Shown: positions 34,855 to 46,482, counted from the first letter of the stretch. The stretch: 58,880 bases of DNA from an uncultured Pirellulales bacterium (GCA_964564845.1 CAZMCN010000001.1:1-58880), one strand, 5' to 3'. Numbers and translations are program-made. The notes: generated by a model from the sequence alone, not told the origin.

Positions 34855-37353
34855 TCAATCTTTAAGCCAATGCTTGGCAAAAATCGCCAGGTCAAAGTAG
34901 TCAACTTCACCGCTCCAGTTAATGTCAGTCTCGCCGCAAAGCTCCGGAAAAACACAGTTGGCATCGCACCAGTGCAAGGCAAGAATAGATAAATCCTGAA
35001 AATTAATGCAGAGGTCACCGTTCAAATCAGCCGCCAGAAAACCCGTCCCCGCAATATCAAGTAACGCTTCTATATCCTCGTCTGCAACCGCTTCAGCAAG
35101 AAAATCGTCATGCGAGTACAATCCCCCAAAAACTTTAAGTCCGTCCTTGTCACCGACATATGTGCTGATGCTTCCAGCACCGAAAGCATCAAAACTTCCC
35201 GTTGTAACAAAGCCCGGCGTCTCCGCCGCACCGCCGTTTGAAACGTGCATCTTCAGCTTCGTCTTATTACTGTCACTATCGTCCCTGTAGCACACTATGG
35301 CAAATTTGATTTGTGCATACCTCTGGAAGTATTGGGCCTCTGTACGAACAAAATAAGAGTTCGTATCCTCTGTAACAAACAGTACAAACTCATCATCGCC
35401 ACCCGGCTCCGAAGAATTCGCATCATAATAAAGTTCCGCGTAAGCATCTCCAACTCGCCACGACTTGATGTGCAGTTTACTGCCGAGGTCCAGACCGTCG
35501 TAATGTTCCTTCCTGCCGGATGGATAAAACGTGAATACATTCGTCCATTCCTCCGGTAATGTTTTAACACTGTGCACTCTTGTATCTGCCCGACTGGTGC
35601 CTCCGAGCTGCCAGTTTCCACCGACCACCTCCTCAATTTGCAAACTGTCAATATAAACCTCTATTTGCTCTGAAGGGTGTATATCATCACACTCACCTAT
35701 GCTAATAAATAGCCTCAGATTGTTCCCGTCATTAGGGCCTACCCGGTATGGCTCAAGAATTATTTCCTGCCATTTAGCATCTATAAGAGCTAAGATTGGC
35801 TCGCCCGCATCAGTGTTCATTACGTATCTCGCCCCCAGCGTGGTATTCGTGCCGTTTTTGCTTTTAATCCAGAATCTTCCCTGGTAACTCTTGCCCGCTT
35901 CAACACTTACACTCGGAGAATATATATGCCCCGTGCAGGAAGCAGATACCGACCCAACCAGACGCAAGCTGGCATTCCCATGTTTTTGTTCATCCGTTGT
36001 TATTTCACTTGTTGTCCAAGCACAAGAACCCAGCCACCATTCATCCAGGTTATCCTCCACGCTCGATGTGTTTGGGTCGTCAAACATATTATTTGTGCCT
36101 GGCTCAACCAAACCTGTCCTTTGAGTACTAACTTGCGCAGGGCTTATTACAAAGTGTGATTCGGATTCGTTGACATCTAATACATTTAGGTGCAGCTTCC
36201 CGCCGGCATACCCCGCAAAGTCGTCAACACCTCTTTCATTGTTAGTAAAACGATGGTATATCGCCCAATTCTTCAAGTCCGTACTGACTGAAATGACCGC
36301 ATTATTTTGTTTATTCACAGCATCGGCATACTCGCACGCATAATAGATGCCATCGTGTTCAAATAACAAAAAACATAAACCATGCCCTCTTCTTGGATCC
36401 CAATTGGTAATCAAGTTGCCAAACTCCCCGGCGTTGGAATCACTAACGTCAACCCAGCCAACATGGCTTCGGGTATCAGAGCCGAATAAAAGACGCGTTG
36501 GATGACCATAATCCAGCAGCGCCGTCGGCTGCAGGTAAGTGAAACCGGGTTCGGTAAGATTGTACCAAAAGCCGGCACGGCCATCATTGTCATTGGCCAG
36601 AAATCGGCGATATTTCCTGCCATCACCGGCAACTACTATCCAGCGACCAAGACCGCTGTGATAACATACGTCATGATGGTGATTGTACGTCTCACCCTCC
36701 TCCTGAGAGTCCCAAACCTTACTGAAAGTCTGTCCGTCATCATCCGAACGGAATATGCGCCGGCCCGCATATACAATGCCGGGCCTGCCATATTCAACAG
36801 CTAAAACAGCCCCGTTTGGACCCTCGTAAACACTCCAGCTCCTCAAATATGCCTTGTCACTTGAAAACCCCTCTCCACCCGTTGTCAAAACTGTCTCTAC
36901 GGTGTCACCATTATCGCTGCTGCGGTAGAGAGTACTTTGGAAAACTTCACCTTCAGCCCTGTCCGCGATCAAAATAGTACCCGTTTGCAGCGCCCAGACT
37001 CTGCCTCCGTTGAGATACACCTCCCAGTTCGTATGCTCCCAACTGCTCAAGCCGTCCTGGCTGCGAAGCAAACGTCCGGAATTCTTACCAATGCCAAAAA
37101 CGTACTCGGCATTTTTACCGTGAACCGCAATGTCTTCACCAACCAGACCCTCACCAGTACGATACTCACCATCACTGACATTGCTGACCGCCATCGTCTT
37201 GTAAAAAGGTTCATTCACATCATACTCTTCGAAAATACCGGATTCTTCACTCGAATAAAAAGCTACACTTGGGCGCAAAAAATCAGCGTAAGAAATATGC
37301 GCAAATACAGCCAACCCCACGAAAAAAAAAACAGGTATTAGATTCTTCATCAA
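34855..37353 (-). CDS. Secreted sialidase-fold (BNR) beta-propeller / CBM4_9-like / dockerin-tailed protein, 832 aa
   Basis: The signal peptide is MMKNLIPVFFFVGLAVFAHISYA. BNR Asp-boxes are SSDNGDT and SDDDGQTF. A CBM-like block is GNASLRL...GKSYQGRFWIKS. The C-terminus is DLNGDLCINFQDLSILALHW...DINWSGEVDYFDLAIFAKHWL. Confidence 0.75.
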   Translation of the reverse strand: MMKNLIPVFFFVGLAVFAHISYADFLRPSVAFYSSEESGIFEEYDVNEPFYKTMAVSNVSDGEYRTGEGLVGEDIAVHGKNAEYVFGIGKNSGRLLRSQDGLSSWEHTNWEVYLNGGRVWALQTGTILIADRAEGEVFQSTLYRSSDNGDTVETVLTTGGEGFSSDKAYLRSWSVYEGPNGAVLAVEYGRPGIVYAGRRIFRSDDDGQTFSKVWDSQEEGETYNHHHDVCYHSGLGRWIVVAGDGRKYRRFLANDNDGRAGFWYNLTEPGFTYLQPTALLDYGHPTRLLFGSDTRSHVGWVDVSDSNAGEFGNLITNWDPRRGHGLCFLLFEHDGIYYACEYADAVNKQNNAVISVSTDLKNWAIYHRFTNNERGVDDFAGYAGGKLHLNVLDVNESESHFVISPAQVSTQRTGLVEPGTNNMFDDPNTSSVEDNLDEWWLGSCAWTTSEITTDEQKHGNASLRLVGSVSASCTGHIYSPSVSVEAGKSYQGRFWIKSKNGTNTTLGARYVMNTDAGEPILALIDAKWQEIILEPYRVGPNDGNNLRLFISIGECDDIHPSEQIEVYIDSLQIEEVVGGNWQLGGTSRADTRVHSVKTLPEEWTNVFTFYPSGRKEHYDGLDLGSKLHIKSWRVGDAYAELYYDANSSEPGGDDEFVLFVTEDTNSYFVRTEAQYFQRYAQIKFAIVCYRDDSDSNKTKLKMHVSNGGAAETPGFVTTGSFDAFGAGSISTYVGDKDGLKVFGGLYSHDDFLAEAVADEDIEALLDIAGTGFLAADLNGDLCINFQDLSILALHWCDANCVFPELCGETDINWSGEVDYFDLAIFAKHWLKD

Positions 37354-37668
37354 CCCAACCTCCAGGAAATAAGTAACTTTGTCTGTTGATTCGTTTTCTC
37401 TCTTTTCTCCACAAATTCAAAAAAGGTTCTCCGGGAGAGACAAACAACTTTGCTTACAGTTCGGCATCTCCATCTCTTCTTCACCGCCACCAGTATTTCG
37501 CCCAGAGAAAATTACCTTCATGTCCTTACTTTTTATTTATAACCACTGAGCCAGCCGTTTAATGTATAGTCTTGCCGAAATAACCATCCGAAGGGTTGCC
37601 TGCCAACCTAACTCCCGAATAAGTCTTGGTTCGGATAATCATAAATACATCCCATGGCAAAACAAACG

Positions 37669-38970
37669 TTAAGCCCTGCCGACACAGTGATATTCAATCC
37701 CCGCCTTTTTAACGAAAGCCGGGTCATAAAGATTCCGCCCGTCAAAGATAACCGCTTTCTTTAGTTTACTTGCTATCAGCTCGAAGTCGGGCGTCCTAAA
37801 CTCCTGCCAGTCGGTAAGTATCACCAAAGCATCTGCACCATCCAGCATCCGATAGTTATCTTTGGTGAACTCAATTCTTTCGCCCAGCTTCTCTTTTGCT
37901 GCCCGTATTGCTTCAGGGTCGTACGCCCTTATCGTCATGCCGGCCTCAAGCAATTTCTCAATACACGATATCGCCGGAGATTCACGTATATCATCGGTTC
38001 GTGCCTTAAAGGCCAGACCCCATACAGCAAGGGTCATATCCCCCGCCTTGCCGGCAAAATAATCAAGAATCCGCCCGACAAAACGCTCCTGTTGACGAAG
38101 GTTCGCATCCTGAACAGACTTGACAATCCTCATCGGACAATCCTCTGAGTCTCCAATGTGTATCAAGGCACGTATGTCCTTGGGAAAGCAGCTGCCGCCG
38201 TAACCAACACCCGGAAACAAAAAAGCATTGCCGATTCGACTGTCACTGCCTATCCCTTCTCGAACAAGCTCGACATCCGCACCGACCTTCTCGCAAAGTG
38301 CACTCATTTCATTCATAAAGGATATTCGCGCCGCAAGCATAGCATTGGCAGCGTACTTCGTCAGTTCCGCACTGGCAGGGTCCATCCATATTATCCGGCT
38401 TCTCCGCCGCATAAATGGCGCATAGAGCTGTTTCATAATCTCCATCACCGCAGGATTTTCAGTACCGATGATAACACGGTCAGGCTTGATAAAATCATCA
38501 ACTGCGGAACCTTCTTTGAGAAACTCAGGATTGCTCACGTAATCGAACGGATGGCTTGTCTTTGATGCCATCACTTCACTGACTATTTTATATGTCCCCA
38601 CGGGAACCGTACTCTTAGTAACGATGATTCTGTAACCGTCCATCAATTCAGCAATGGAACCTGCAACCTCAAGCACCGCTGATATGTCCGCCGAACCATC
38701 GGCCGCACTCGGCGTCCCAACCGCAATAAATATCACTAACGAATTATCAACTCCTTTTTTCAACGTCGTAGTAAAATCCAGCCTGCCGGCCGGCACGTTA
38801 TGCTTTATTATCTCGCCAAGACCCGGCTCATAAATCGGAATAATACCTTTTCTAAGCTCAGCTATTTTTTTCTTGTCGTTGTCAATGCAAATTACCTGAT
38901 TGCCGCCCTCAGCCAGACAACCCGCCGCCACTAATCCGACATATCCTATCCCAACCACAGCTACTTTCAT
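37669..38970 (-). CDS. ugd: UDP-glucose 6-dehydrogenase
   Basis: Motifs are MKVAVVGIGYVGLV...GGSCFPKD...GLAFK..TDD.RESP. Confidence 0.95.
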   Translation of the reverse strand: MKVAVVGIGYVGLVAAGCLAEGGNQVICIDNDKKKIAELRKGIIPIYEPGLGEIIKHNVPAGRLDFTTTLKKGVDNSLVIFIAVGTPSAADGSADISAVLEVAGSIAELMDGYRIIVTKSTVPVGTYKIVSEVMASKTSHPFDYVSNPEFLKEGSAVDDFIKPDRVIIGTENPAVMEIMKQLYAPFMRRRSRIIWMDPASAELTKYAANAMLAARISFMNEMSALCEKVGADVELVREGIGSDSRIGNAFLFPGVGYGGSCFPKDIRALIHIGDSEDCPMRIVKSVQDANLRQQERFVGRILDYFAGKAGDMTLAVWGLAFKARTDDIRESPAISCIEKLLEAGMTIRAYDPEAIRAAKEKLGERIEFTKDNYRMLDGADALVILTDWQEFRTPDFELIASKLKKAVIFDGRNLYDPAFVKKAGIEYHCVGRA

Positions 38971-39007
38971 CTAAAATCCCTTTCAATTGCCGTTACCTGT
39001 CAAAACG

Positions 39008-40609
39008 CTAAAAACTCTGACTCCCTTCTCCGCAACAGCCATTAATTACACTTTTCTTTAATCCAAAGCCAACGGGAGATTCATCTTTTTCTACTACCTT
39101 CCACAAAACACCCACTTGGGAAAAATCATAGCCGTCAAGAAGAAACCCCGGACAATAACCCTTCACTGGCGAGACCACATACAACGCCGAAGTCCGAATT
39201 ATACCTCCAACACTATCTGCGTTAAAAACCGGAGCATTGTCACTCATATCATAATCTGATACTATTTTTACATCACTGCGCCTACCCATAACCTCCTGAA
39301 CATATAAAAGTGCATGGGCGACAGTGGTGTCGGCATATATTATCGCGTCTTTTTCAACTATATCCAGCGCCTCCTCGGCAAACCTTTCCGCCCCGCGATA
39401 CCCGCTCTTCCAGGGCTGCAAAAAATACGTGTATTCATCACGGTAAGGCCGCTGCCTTCTCTGACCAAGCCCCTTGTATATCTTTCGACCAATCTCCGGA
39501 GTAACAAAATAAACCCCTATCGGCAGCAAACTAAAAATTACCACCAAAAACACCAACCAACTGCGCCTGAAGCGCCCCAGAAAAACATCCGCACCCATTC
39601 CGATAAGTGCCGCTGCAAGACAATAAAACGGCACAAAGAATACATACCTGTCAGGCACCGTATATCGAAAGGCAAATATAAAATAAAGCACTAACAGTAC
39701 AAGTACAACGTTACCGAAACTCCGACTTGGCGTCATCTTCCGAAACACCCCGATACCCACAAAGAAAAGAACCAGGTTCGGCGTAAGAAAGTTCAACAGC
39801 ACAAATATTACATTTTCCAACGCCATTTTAATGGTTACCGAACTGTTAAGAACTCTGCCCTGCCACGAAACGCCGAACAATGCCGACGCCATTGTCGCAC
39901 GAACATCCCCTGAAAGTATCATATTCTTTACTACTATATACTCATAAGGCAGTGCCCCAATTATCCAGAGCAAAACGATAACCCCAAAATGCCTTAAACC
40001 AATCTGTTTGCGGACCAACAAAAATACTAGAAAAACCCCGTAGCAGCCAAAACCGAACACCGCCCACAAATGATTGGCAAGTGCCAGACCGTTCAAAAGC
40101 CCTAACAAATACAGGTAAGTAATCTGTTTTGTCTTAGTGTACTGCAAAAGAACGAGCAGCTCACCTAACATCAACGCTGTATATAGCGTATAAGTCTCAC
40201 TGATTACCGCCTGCTGCCAGAAGGTCCACGAAACAGCCAACGTTATCGCTGCTATTAGTGCCGGCAAAAATTTCCCAAGCCATAACCGAACCAGTAAAAA
40301 CAAATTCGCTACCGTTAACGCCCCGAAAACCGCCGAAATCAGGTTGATTCTGTAGGCCAACTGTCCTATAGGGATGTTTTTAACAACGATACCTATCATT
40401 ATATAAAGAGGATGGGCAAGCGCAAGACCCAGATTACCTTCAATATCGTTGTGCCATACTCGATAAACAAACAACGCGCTGTCCTGCCATAGTATTGTCG
40501 GCGCACAACTGACCACATAAAAAACACACGCCCCGACCAGCACAACTAAATACCACAGTGCTGCCCTCTTAGGTTTCGCTGTTCTGTCTTCGCCGGATAT
40601 TTCTTTCAT
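39008..40609 (-). CDS. GT-C fold membrane glycosyltransferase, DUF2723 (TMEM260-like) family
   Basis: The N-terminal CAPTILWQDSALFVYRVW...LALAHPLYIMIG...AYRINLISAVFGALTVANLFLLV fits the DUF2723 pattern. About 11 TM segments are followed by a soluble C-terminal domain. Confidence 0.7.
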   Translation of the reverse strand: MKEISGEDRTAKPKRAALWYLVVLVGACVFYVVSCAPTILWQDSALFVYRVWHNDIEGNLGLALAHPLYIMIGIVVKNIPIGQLAYRINLISAVFGALTVANLFLLVRLWLGKFLPALIAAITLAVSWTFWQQAVISETYTLYTALMLGELLVLLQYTKTKQITYLYLLGLLNGLALANHLWAVFGFGCYGVFLVFLLVRKQIGLRHFGVIVLLWIIGALPYEYIVVKNMILSGDVRATMASALFGVSWQGRVLNSSVTIKMALENVIFVLLNFLTPNLVLFFVGIGVFRKMTPSRSFGNVVLVLLVLYFIFAFRYTVPDRYVFFVPFYCLAAALIGMGADVFLGRFRRSWLVFLVVIFSLLPIGVYFVTPEIGRKIYKGLGQRRQRPYRDEYTYFLQPWKSGYRGAERFAEEALDIVEKDAIIYADTTVAHALLYVQEVMGRRSDVKIVSDYDMSDNAPVFNADSVGGIIRTSALYVVSPVKGYCPGFLLDGYDFSQVGVLWKVVEKDESPVGFGLKKSVINGCCGEGSQSF

Positions 40610-40704
40610 TTAAAACTATGGGAAAACGACGCTTGACCGTAAAAATACTATACTTATAATTAACTTTTGACAGCCGAACCGTTTCTCGCAATAAGGATAC
40701 TCAA

Positions 40705-41223
40705 GTGACGGCTCAAAAACCGGAAAATCAAAACATCTCCGACCAGCATGCACCGCCCCTGGCCCAGCCTCCCCATACCGGCAGGCAATCGCGACCGTTG
40801 TTGATAATGTTTCTGGCCTTCTTTATATTGGTTGCTCTTGTTTTTATCTTCCAGCGAACAGACACTATTGATTGGATTGAAGATTATGATACCGGCATCA
40901 AACTTGCAGAAAAACAAAATAAACCCGTCTTACTTGCCTTTTACAAGGAATTTGCTCCTATGTATACCGATACTCGCGACAATACTTACAATGCCCCTGT
41001 TGTCATAAATTATGTTCATCAAAACTTCGTCCCCATTTTAATCAATGTCGATGAACAGCCCAAAATCGCTGAACAATACAATATCGGTTATTACCCCACC
41101 CACTACATCAAACCGCCTCACAGCAACGAGATTTTCGGCCCCTTAATTGGTTACGACCCTCCCGCAGTATTCATAAAGAAACTCAAAGATTTACTCGACA
41201 ATATGAACCCACCCGACAAATAG
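40705..41223 (+). CDS. Membrane-anchored thioredoxin-fold protein lacking the CxxC motif
   Basis: It has a GTG start with AAGGA 8 nt upstream and one TM (LLIMFLAFFILVALVFIF). The thioredoxin_7-like KPVLLAFYKEFAPMY...NFVPILINVDEQPKIAEQYNIGYYPT has FAPMY where WCxxC is expected. Confidence 0.6.
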   Translation: MTAQKPENQNISDQHAPPLAQPPHTGRQSRPLLIMFLAFFILVALVFIFQRTDTIDWIEDYDTGIKLAEKQNKPVLLAFYKEFAPMYTDTRDNTYNAPVVINYVHQNFVPILINVDEQPKIAEQYNIGYYPTHYIKPPHSNEIFGPLIGYDPPAVFIKKLKDLLDNMNPPDK

Positions 41224-41269
41224 CCTCTTTTGCTCGTTCTTTTTGCATCCATCGAAATAATTTAACCTG

Positions 41270-43236
<1,967 letters not shown>

Positions 43237-43333
43237 AATTATTCGCCTCTTTACAAGCAGTTAATATTCCGCCTTCTCAAAACTTGTTCCTCGCAACAGC
43301 TCAGGCAAAAACCCTGTGCCGGTGTACATTATT

Positions 43334-44314
43334 CTATGATTTTACACCCTCGATTTTAAGTCTTTCACTTTCGATAATCAAATTCAGAGCCTCTTCCAGA
43401 CTTGTTCTCGGCTCCCAGCCGATTGTCTTTCGGATTCGCTCCAGGTTCGGCACCCGACGCATCATATCGTCGATAGCCCTGCCGTAGGCCGCTTCATACG
43501 GCACAAACTCCTTTATGCTTCGGCTACCCGTCATCTCAATAATTTTATCAGCGAGGCCGTCAATGCTGATTTCTTCCGTTGAGCCGATATTATAAACCTT
43601 CCCCGCAGCCTCCTCACAGCTCATAAGACCAACGATTGCTTCGACAACATCTCCAACGTAACAGAAGCATCGGCTCTGCTCTCCGCTGCCGTACACCGGA
43701 ACCGGCTCATTCCTTAACGCCCGTTGCACAAAACGAGGCACTACCATCCCGTACTGACCTGTCTGTCTCGGCCCGATTGTATTAAAAAACCTGGCAATTA
43801 CCACACCCAGTCCGTACTGATGATAAAACGCCAAACCAAGAAACTCATCTATCGCCTTGCTGCAGGCGTAAGACCAGCGAGAAAAAGTCGTGCTGCCTAA
43901 AACAATATCATCATCTTCACGAAACGGAACAGCTTCACTTTTGCCATACACCTCGCTGCTTGAAGCTATCAGAATCTTTTTACCGAACTTATTGGCCGAA
44001 TCGAGCACAACTTCGGTCCCGCCGATGTTGGTCTCTATTGTATGAACGGGCGCCTCAGCTATCAGTTTTACCCCAACTGCCGCAGCCAGATGGATAATCT
44101 CATCACATCGCTCAATGAGCCTCTCAATCAATCCTGAGTCGCGGATGTCGCCCTCTACGAAATCAAATTCGGCTTCTTTCAGAAACGCTTCAATATTTGT
44201 TAAGCTCCCCGTACTTAGATTATCAACAACCGTTATTTCTTGGCCGGCTTTCAATAATCTCTCTGAAAGATGGGACCCGATAAAGCCTGCTCCGCCTGTT
44301 ATCAAGGTTTTCAT
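43334..44314 (-). CDS. SDR-family NAD-dependent sugar-nucleotide epimerase/dehydratase (UDP-glucuronate decarboxylase / ArnA-C-like)
   Basis: Motifs are MKTLITGGAGFIGSHL...SSSEVYG...RWSYACSK. It is the first gene of the long minus-strand glycan operon. The exact substrate was not resolved. Confidence 0.8.
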   Translation of the reverse strand: MKTLITGGAGFIGSHLSERLLKAGQEITVVDNLSTGSLTNIEAFLKEAEFDFVEGDIRDSGLIERLIERCDEIIHLAAAVGVKLIAEAPVHTIETNIGGTEVVLDSANKFGKKILIASSSEVYGKSEAVPFREDDDIVLGSTTFSRWSYACSKAIDEFLGLAFYHQYGLGVVIARFFNTIGPRQTGQYGMVVPRFVQRALRNEPVPVYGSGEQSRCFCYVGDVVEAIVGLMSCEEAAGKVYNIGSTEEISIDGLADKIIEMTGSRSIKEFVPYEAAYGRAIDDMMRRVPNLERIRKTIGWEPRTSLEEALNLIIESERLKIEGVKS

Positions 44315-44888
44315 ATAAGACCTGCTTACTAACTTACCTGTCTGGCAAAATACCTTTCAATAGCAAATAATCGATAATACCACAACTGTTCTTCTGCCGG
44401 AACCAACAATCAAACAGGCGGTATTCCTCAATAAATAGTAAATCAGCCCAGACTCCGTCCCCGTCGGCTGCCCCAAAATGCCCAGCTTACACACTCATAA
44501 AAATCCATAATCCCATTCTTCGGAGTGGATTTTGTAGCAGACCAGAAAGGCACTCACTGCCCTAAATTTCTGCGAACTGACTCCTTCTATATCATAAGTA
44601 TCGGCAAATAAAGAACATAGCTTGAGTAAAGGCACGCAGCCGTCAAGCATCAAGTGCCGATTTTATGACAAAAAATATACGCCCCTGACGCCCCATAAGT
44701 TCATACCACAGAACTTGTCAACTTCAGCCCAAATATCCTGATAACGCATCTTTTATCGGCCCTTCGACGAATTCCAGGAACACAACACTCTAATCACATT
44801 AAGTACCAACGCAGTGGTTGATATAAAAAGCCGATTTTTGTATAGTTTACAGGTTCAGGGCAGTACCTGCCCAACAATGAATATCTAA

Positions 44889-45344
44889 ATGACCAAAAAT
44901 AAAAACAAAACGCCGTGGTATGTCGCGGGTCTGCATTTCCAATGCATCCGGTGTGGCCGATGCTGTTCCGGACCGGCAGAGGGCTACATCTGGGTTACTA
45001 AACCCCAGATTAAACTCATAGCCGACTTTCTGAAAATATCGGTCAAAAACCTGAGGCAGCAATACCTAAAGCGAGTCGGACTGCGAACAACAATCATTGA
45101 ACAGCCGGGCAGTAAAGATTGCAATTTTCTGCGAAAAGTTCAGAACCAAAAAAAATGTATGATTTACCCAGTCCGACCAACCCAGTGCAGAACCTGGCCT
45201 TTTTGGCCGAGCAACTTGACCAGTCAAAAAGCCTGGAATAAAGCCGCTCAAAAATGTCCCGGTATCAACCACGGAAAACATTACGCATCACAGGAAATTG
45301 AAAAAATAAAAAAGGATAAAAAATGGTGGCAGAATTCAAAGTAA
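44889..45344 (+). CDS. YkgJ-family (UPF0153) cysteine-cluster protein
   Basis: Motifs are FQCIRCGRCCSG ... CMIYPVRPTQCRTWPFWP. Confidence 0.8.
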   Translation: MTKNKNKTPWYVAGLHFQCIRCGRCCSGPAEGYIWVTKPQIKLIADFLKISVKNLRQQYLKRVGLRTTIIEQPGSKDCNFLRKVQNQKKCMIYPVRPTQCRTWPFWPSNLTSQKAWNKAAQKCPGINHGKHYASQEIEKIKKDKKWWQNSK

Positions 45345-45468
45345 ACCCCCGGCTCATAGCGAAAGTCGCTGAAATTTACAATCGACAGAGTTTAGCGTAT
45401 AGGGCTTAGCACTCTATACTATCCGCAATACGCTAAGCGCTGTACGCTATGAACAGCTTCACAAGCCA

Positions 45469-46407
45469 CTAATATTTGTCAACCGGCAGAGGGATTCTCT
45501 CCTGCGGCTCACACAGATTAATATATTTAACGTTATTTTGCAGTGAGCCGTATTCCTTGTAATGGCCGTAAAGCCGGGCAATTTTTTCCTCATCCGGCAC
45601 TTCGAGGTGTCGCTGCCAGCTGCCCATCTCTGCCCCCCAGATAATCTCCGTCCTGTCCCTGGCATACAGGATGATATGTGCTGCCCTGCTGTTTTGCCGG
45701 CCTCGGAAATTGCTCACATCAATACTGTCAATTTCATAAAGTAACGGTTTTACAGAAGTGTCAATTCGGTCTCTTTGGTCCAGCAACGCCAGTATTTCCA
45801 ACGCCGCTGCAAGGTCGTTTCCTCGGCACACCTCACCCGGATGTGGTGTTCTGAATGTAGCTGACAAACCCTTCACTTTTACTATCGGCAGTTCAGACAT
45901 CGCAACAAAATCCAGCACAACCATCTCGGCATCAACATAATAAGGCTCTCGAAGCCCCGTTTTTACCATTGCAAGGGGCTTTCGCCATCTGCCTCGGATT
46001 TCGATAATGTCATGAGCAACCTGCACCTTAACATCGGCGAGCCAGGCAACCAGAGACTCAACGTTTTTCTGCACCGATTCAGCAGCATCTTCATCAACTC
46101 TCAAATCCTCGCCATCGGCAATTGCCGCCGCATAAATCTTTCGTTCCAGCTCCTCATTAACCCACCAGGGAACACCCGCCAATCTCAACCCGACCGCTCC
46201 GCCGGACGCCGGAACCGTCTCTTTCACATATCTGCTTAAAAATAAAATACCTGCTGCCGCCCCTGCAAGAACAATGATTACCGCTGATACTTTCAATGCG
46301 GCTTTCAAACCCGAAGCAGACAAAACCGACCTTAGCCTGCTCCTGCGCTTCGACTTGCCAAGCTTGAGCGATACTTTTTTCCTTTTACTTTTTCTTCTTC
46401 TGGCCAC
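45469..46407 (-). CDS. ftsQ: FtsQ/DivIB-like bitopic cell-division protein
   Basis: A basic N-terminal tail and a single TM (VSAVIIVLAGAAAGILFL) precede POTRA-like and beta domains. It sits immediately downstream of ddl, as in canonical dcw clusters. Sequence similarity was judged only by architecture and position. Confidence 0.65.
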   Translation of the reverse strand: MARRRKSKRKKVSLKLGKSKRRSRLRSVLSASGLKAALKVSAVIIVLAGAAAGILFLSRYVKETVPASGGAVGLRLAGVPWWVNEELERKIYAAAIADGEDLRVDEDAAESVQKNVESLVAWLADVKVQVAHDIIEIRGRWRKPLAMVKTGLREPYYVDAEMVVLDFVAMSELPIVKVKGLSATFRTPHPGEVCRGNDLAAALEILALLDQRDRIDTSVKPLLYEIDSIDVSNFRGRQNSRAAHIILYARDRTEIIWGAEMGSWQRHLEVPDEEKIARLYGHYKEYGSLQNNVKYINLCEPQERIPLPVDKY

Positions 46408-46482
46408 TGACTATCTCGTATATCACATTGTGTATTTCCTGCGCTAAAACTTATCCACTGCACGTTATCATCTTTTTATCTT

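Noticed and set aside
44412-44424. A JUMPStart/ops-like element (GGCGGTA...) at the head of the glycan operon. AACAGGCGGTAT is also seen at about 22093-22104 on the other strand.
   Set aside because: The sequence is GGCGGTAT, not the ops GGCGGTAG consensus. At 44412 it lies on the non-template orientation relative to the operon, and a 12-mer coincidence is not significant.
45392-45436. An inverted repeat TTAGCGTAT ... ATACGCTAA, with inner GTATAG/CTATAC, between the convergent ykgJ-like and ftsQ genes, considered as a possible mobile-element end or sRNA.
   Set aside because: It is most simply a bidirectional terminator-type hairpin between convergent genes. There are no flanking direct repeats or transposase. 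It was not listed as a feature because no U-run follows on either strand.
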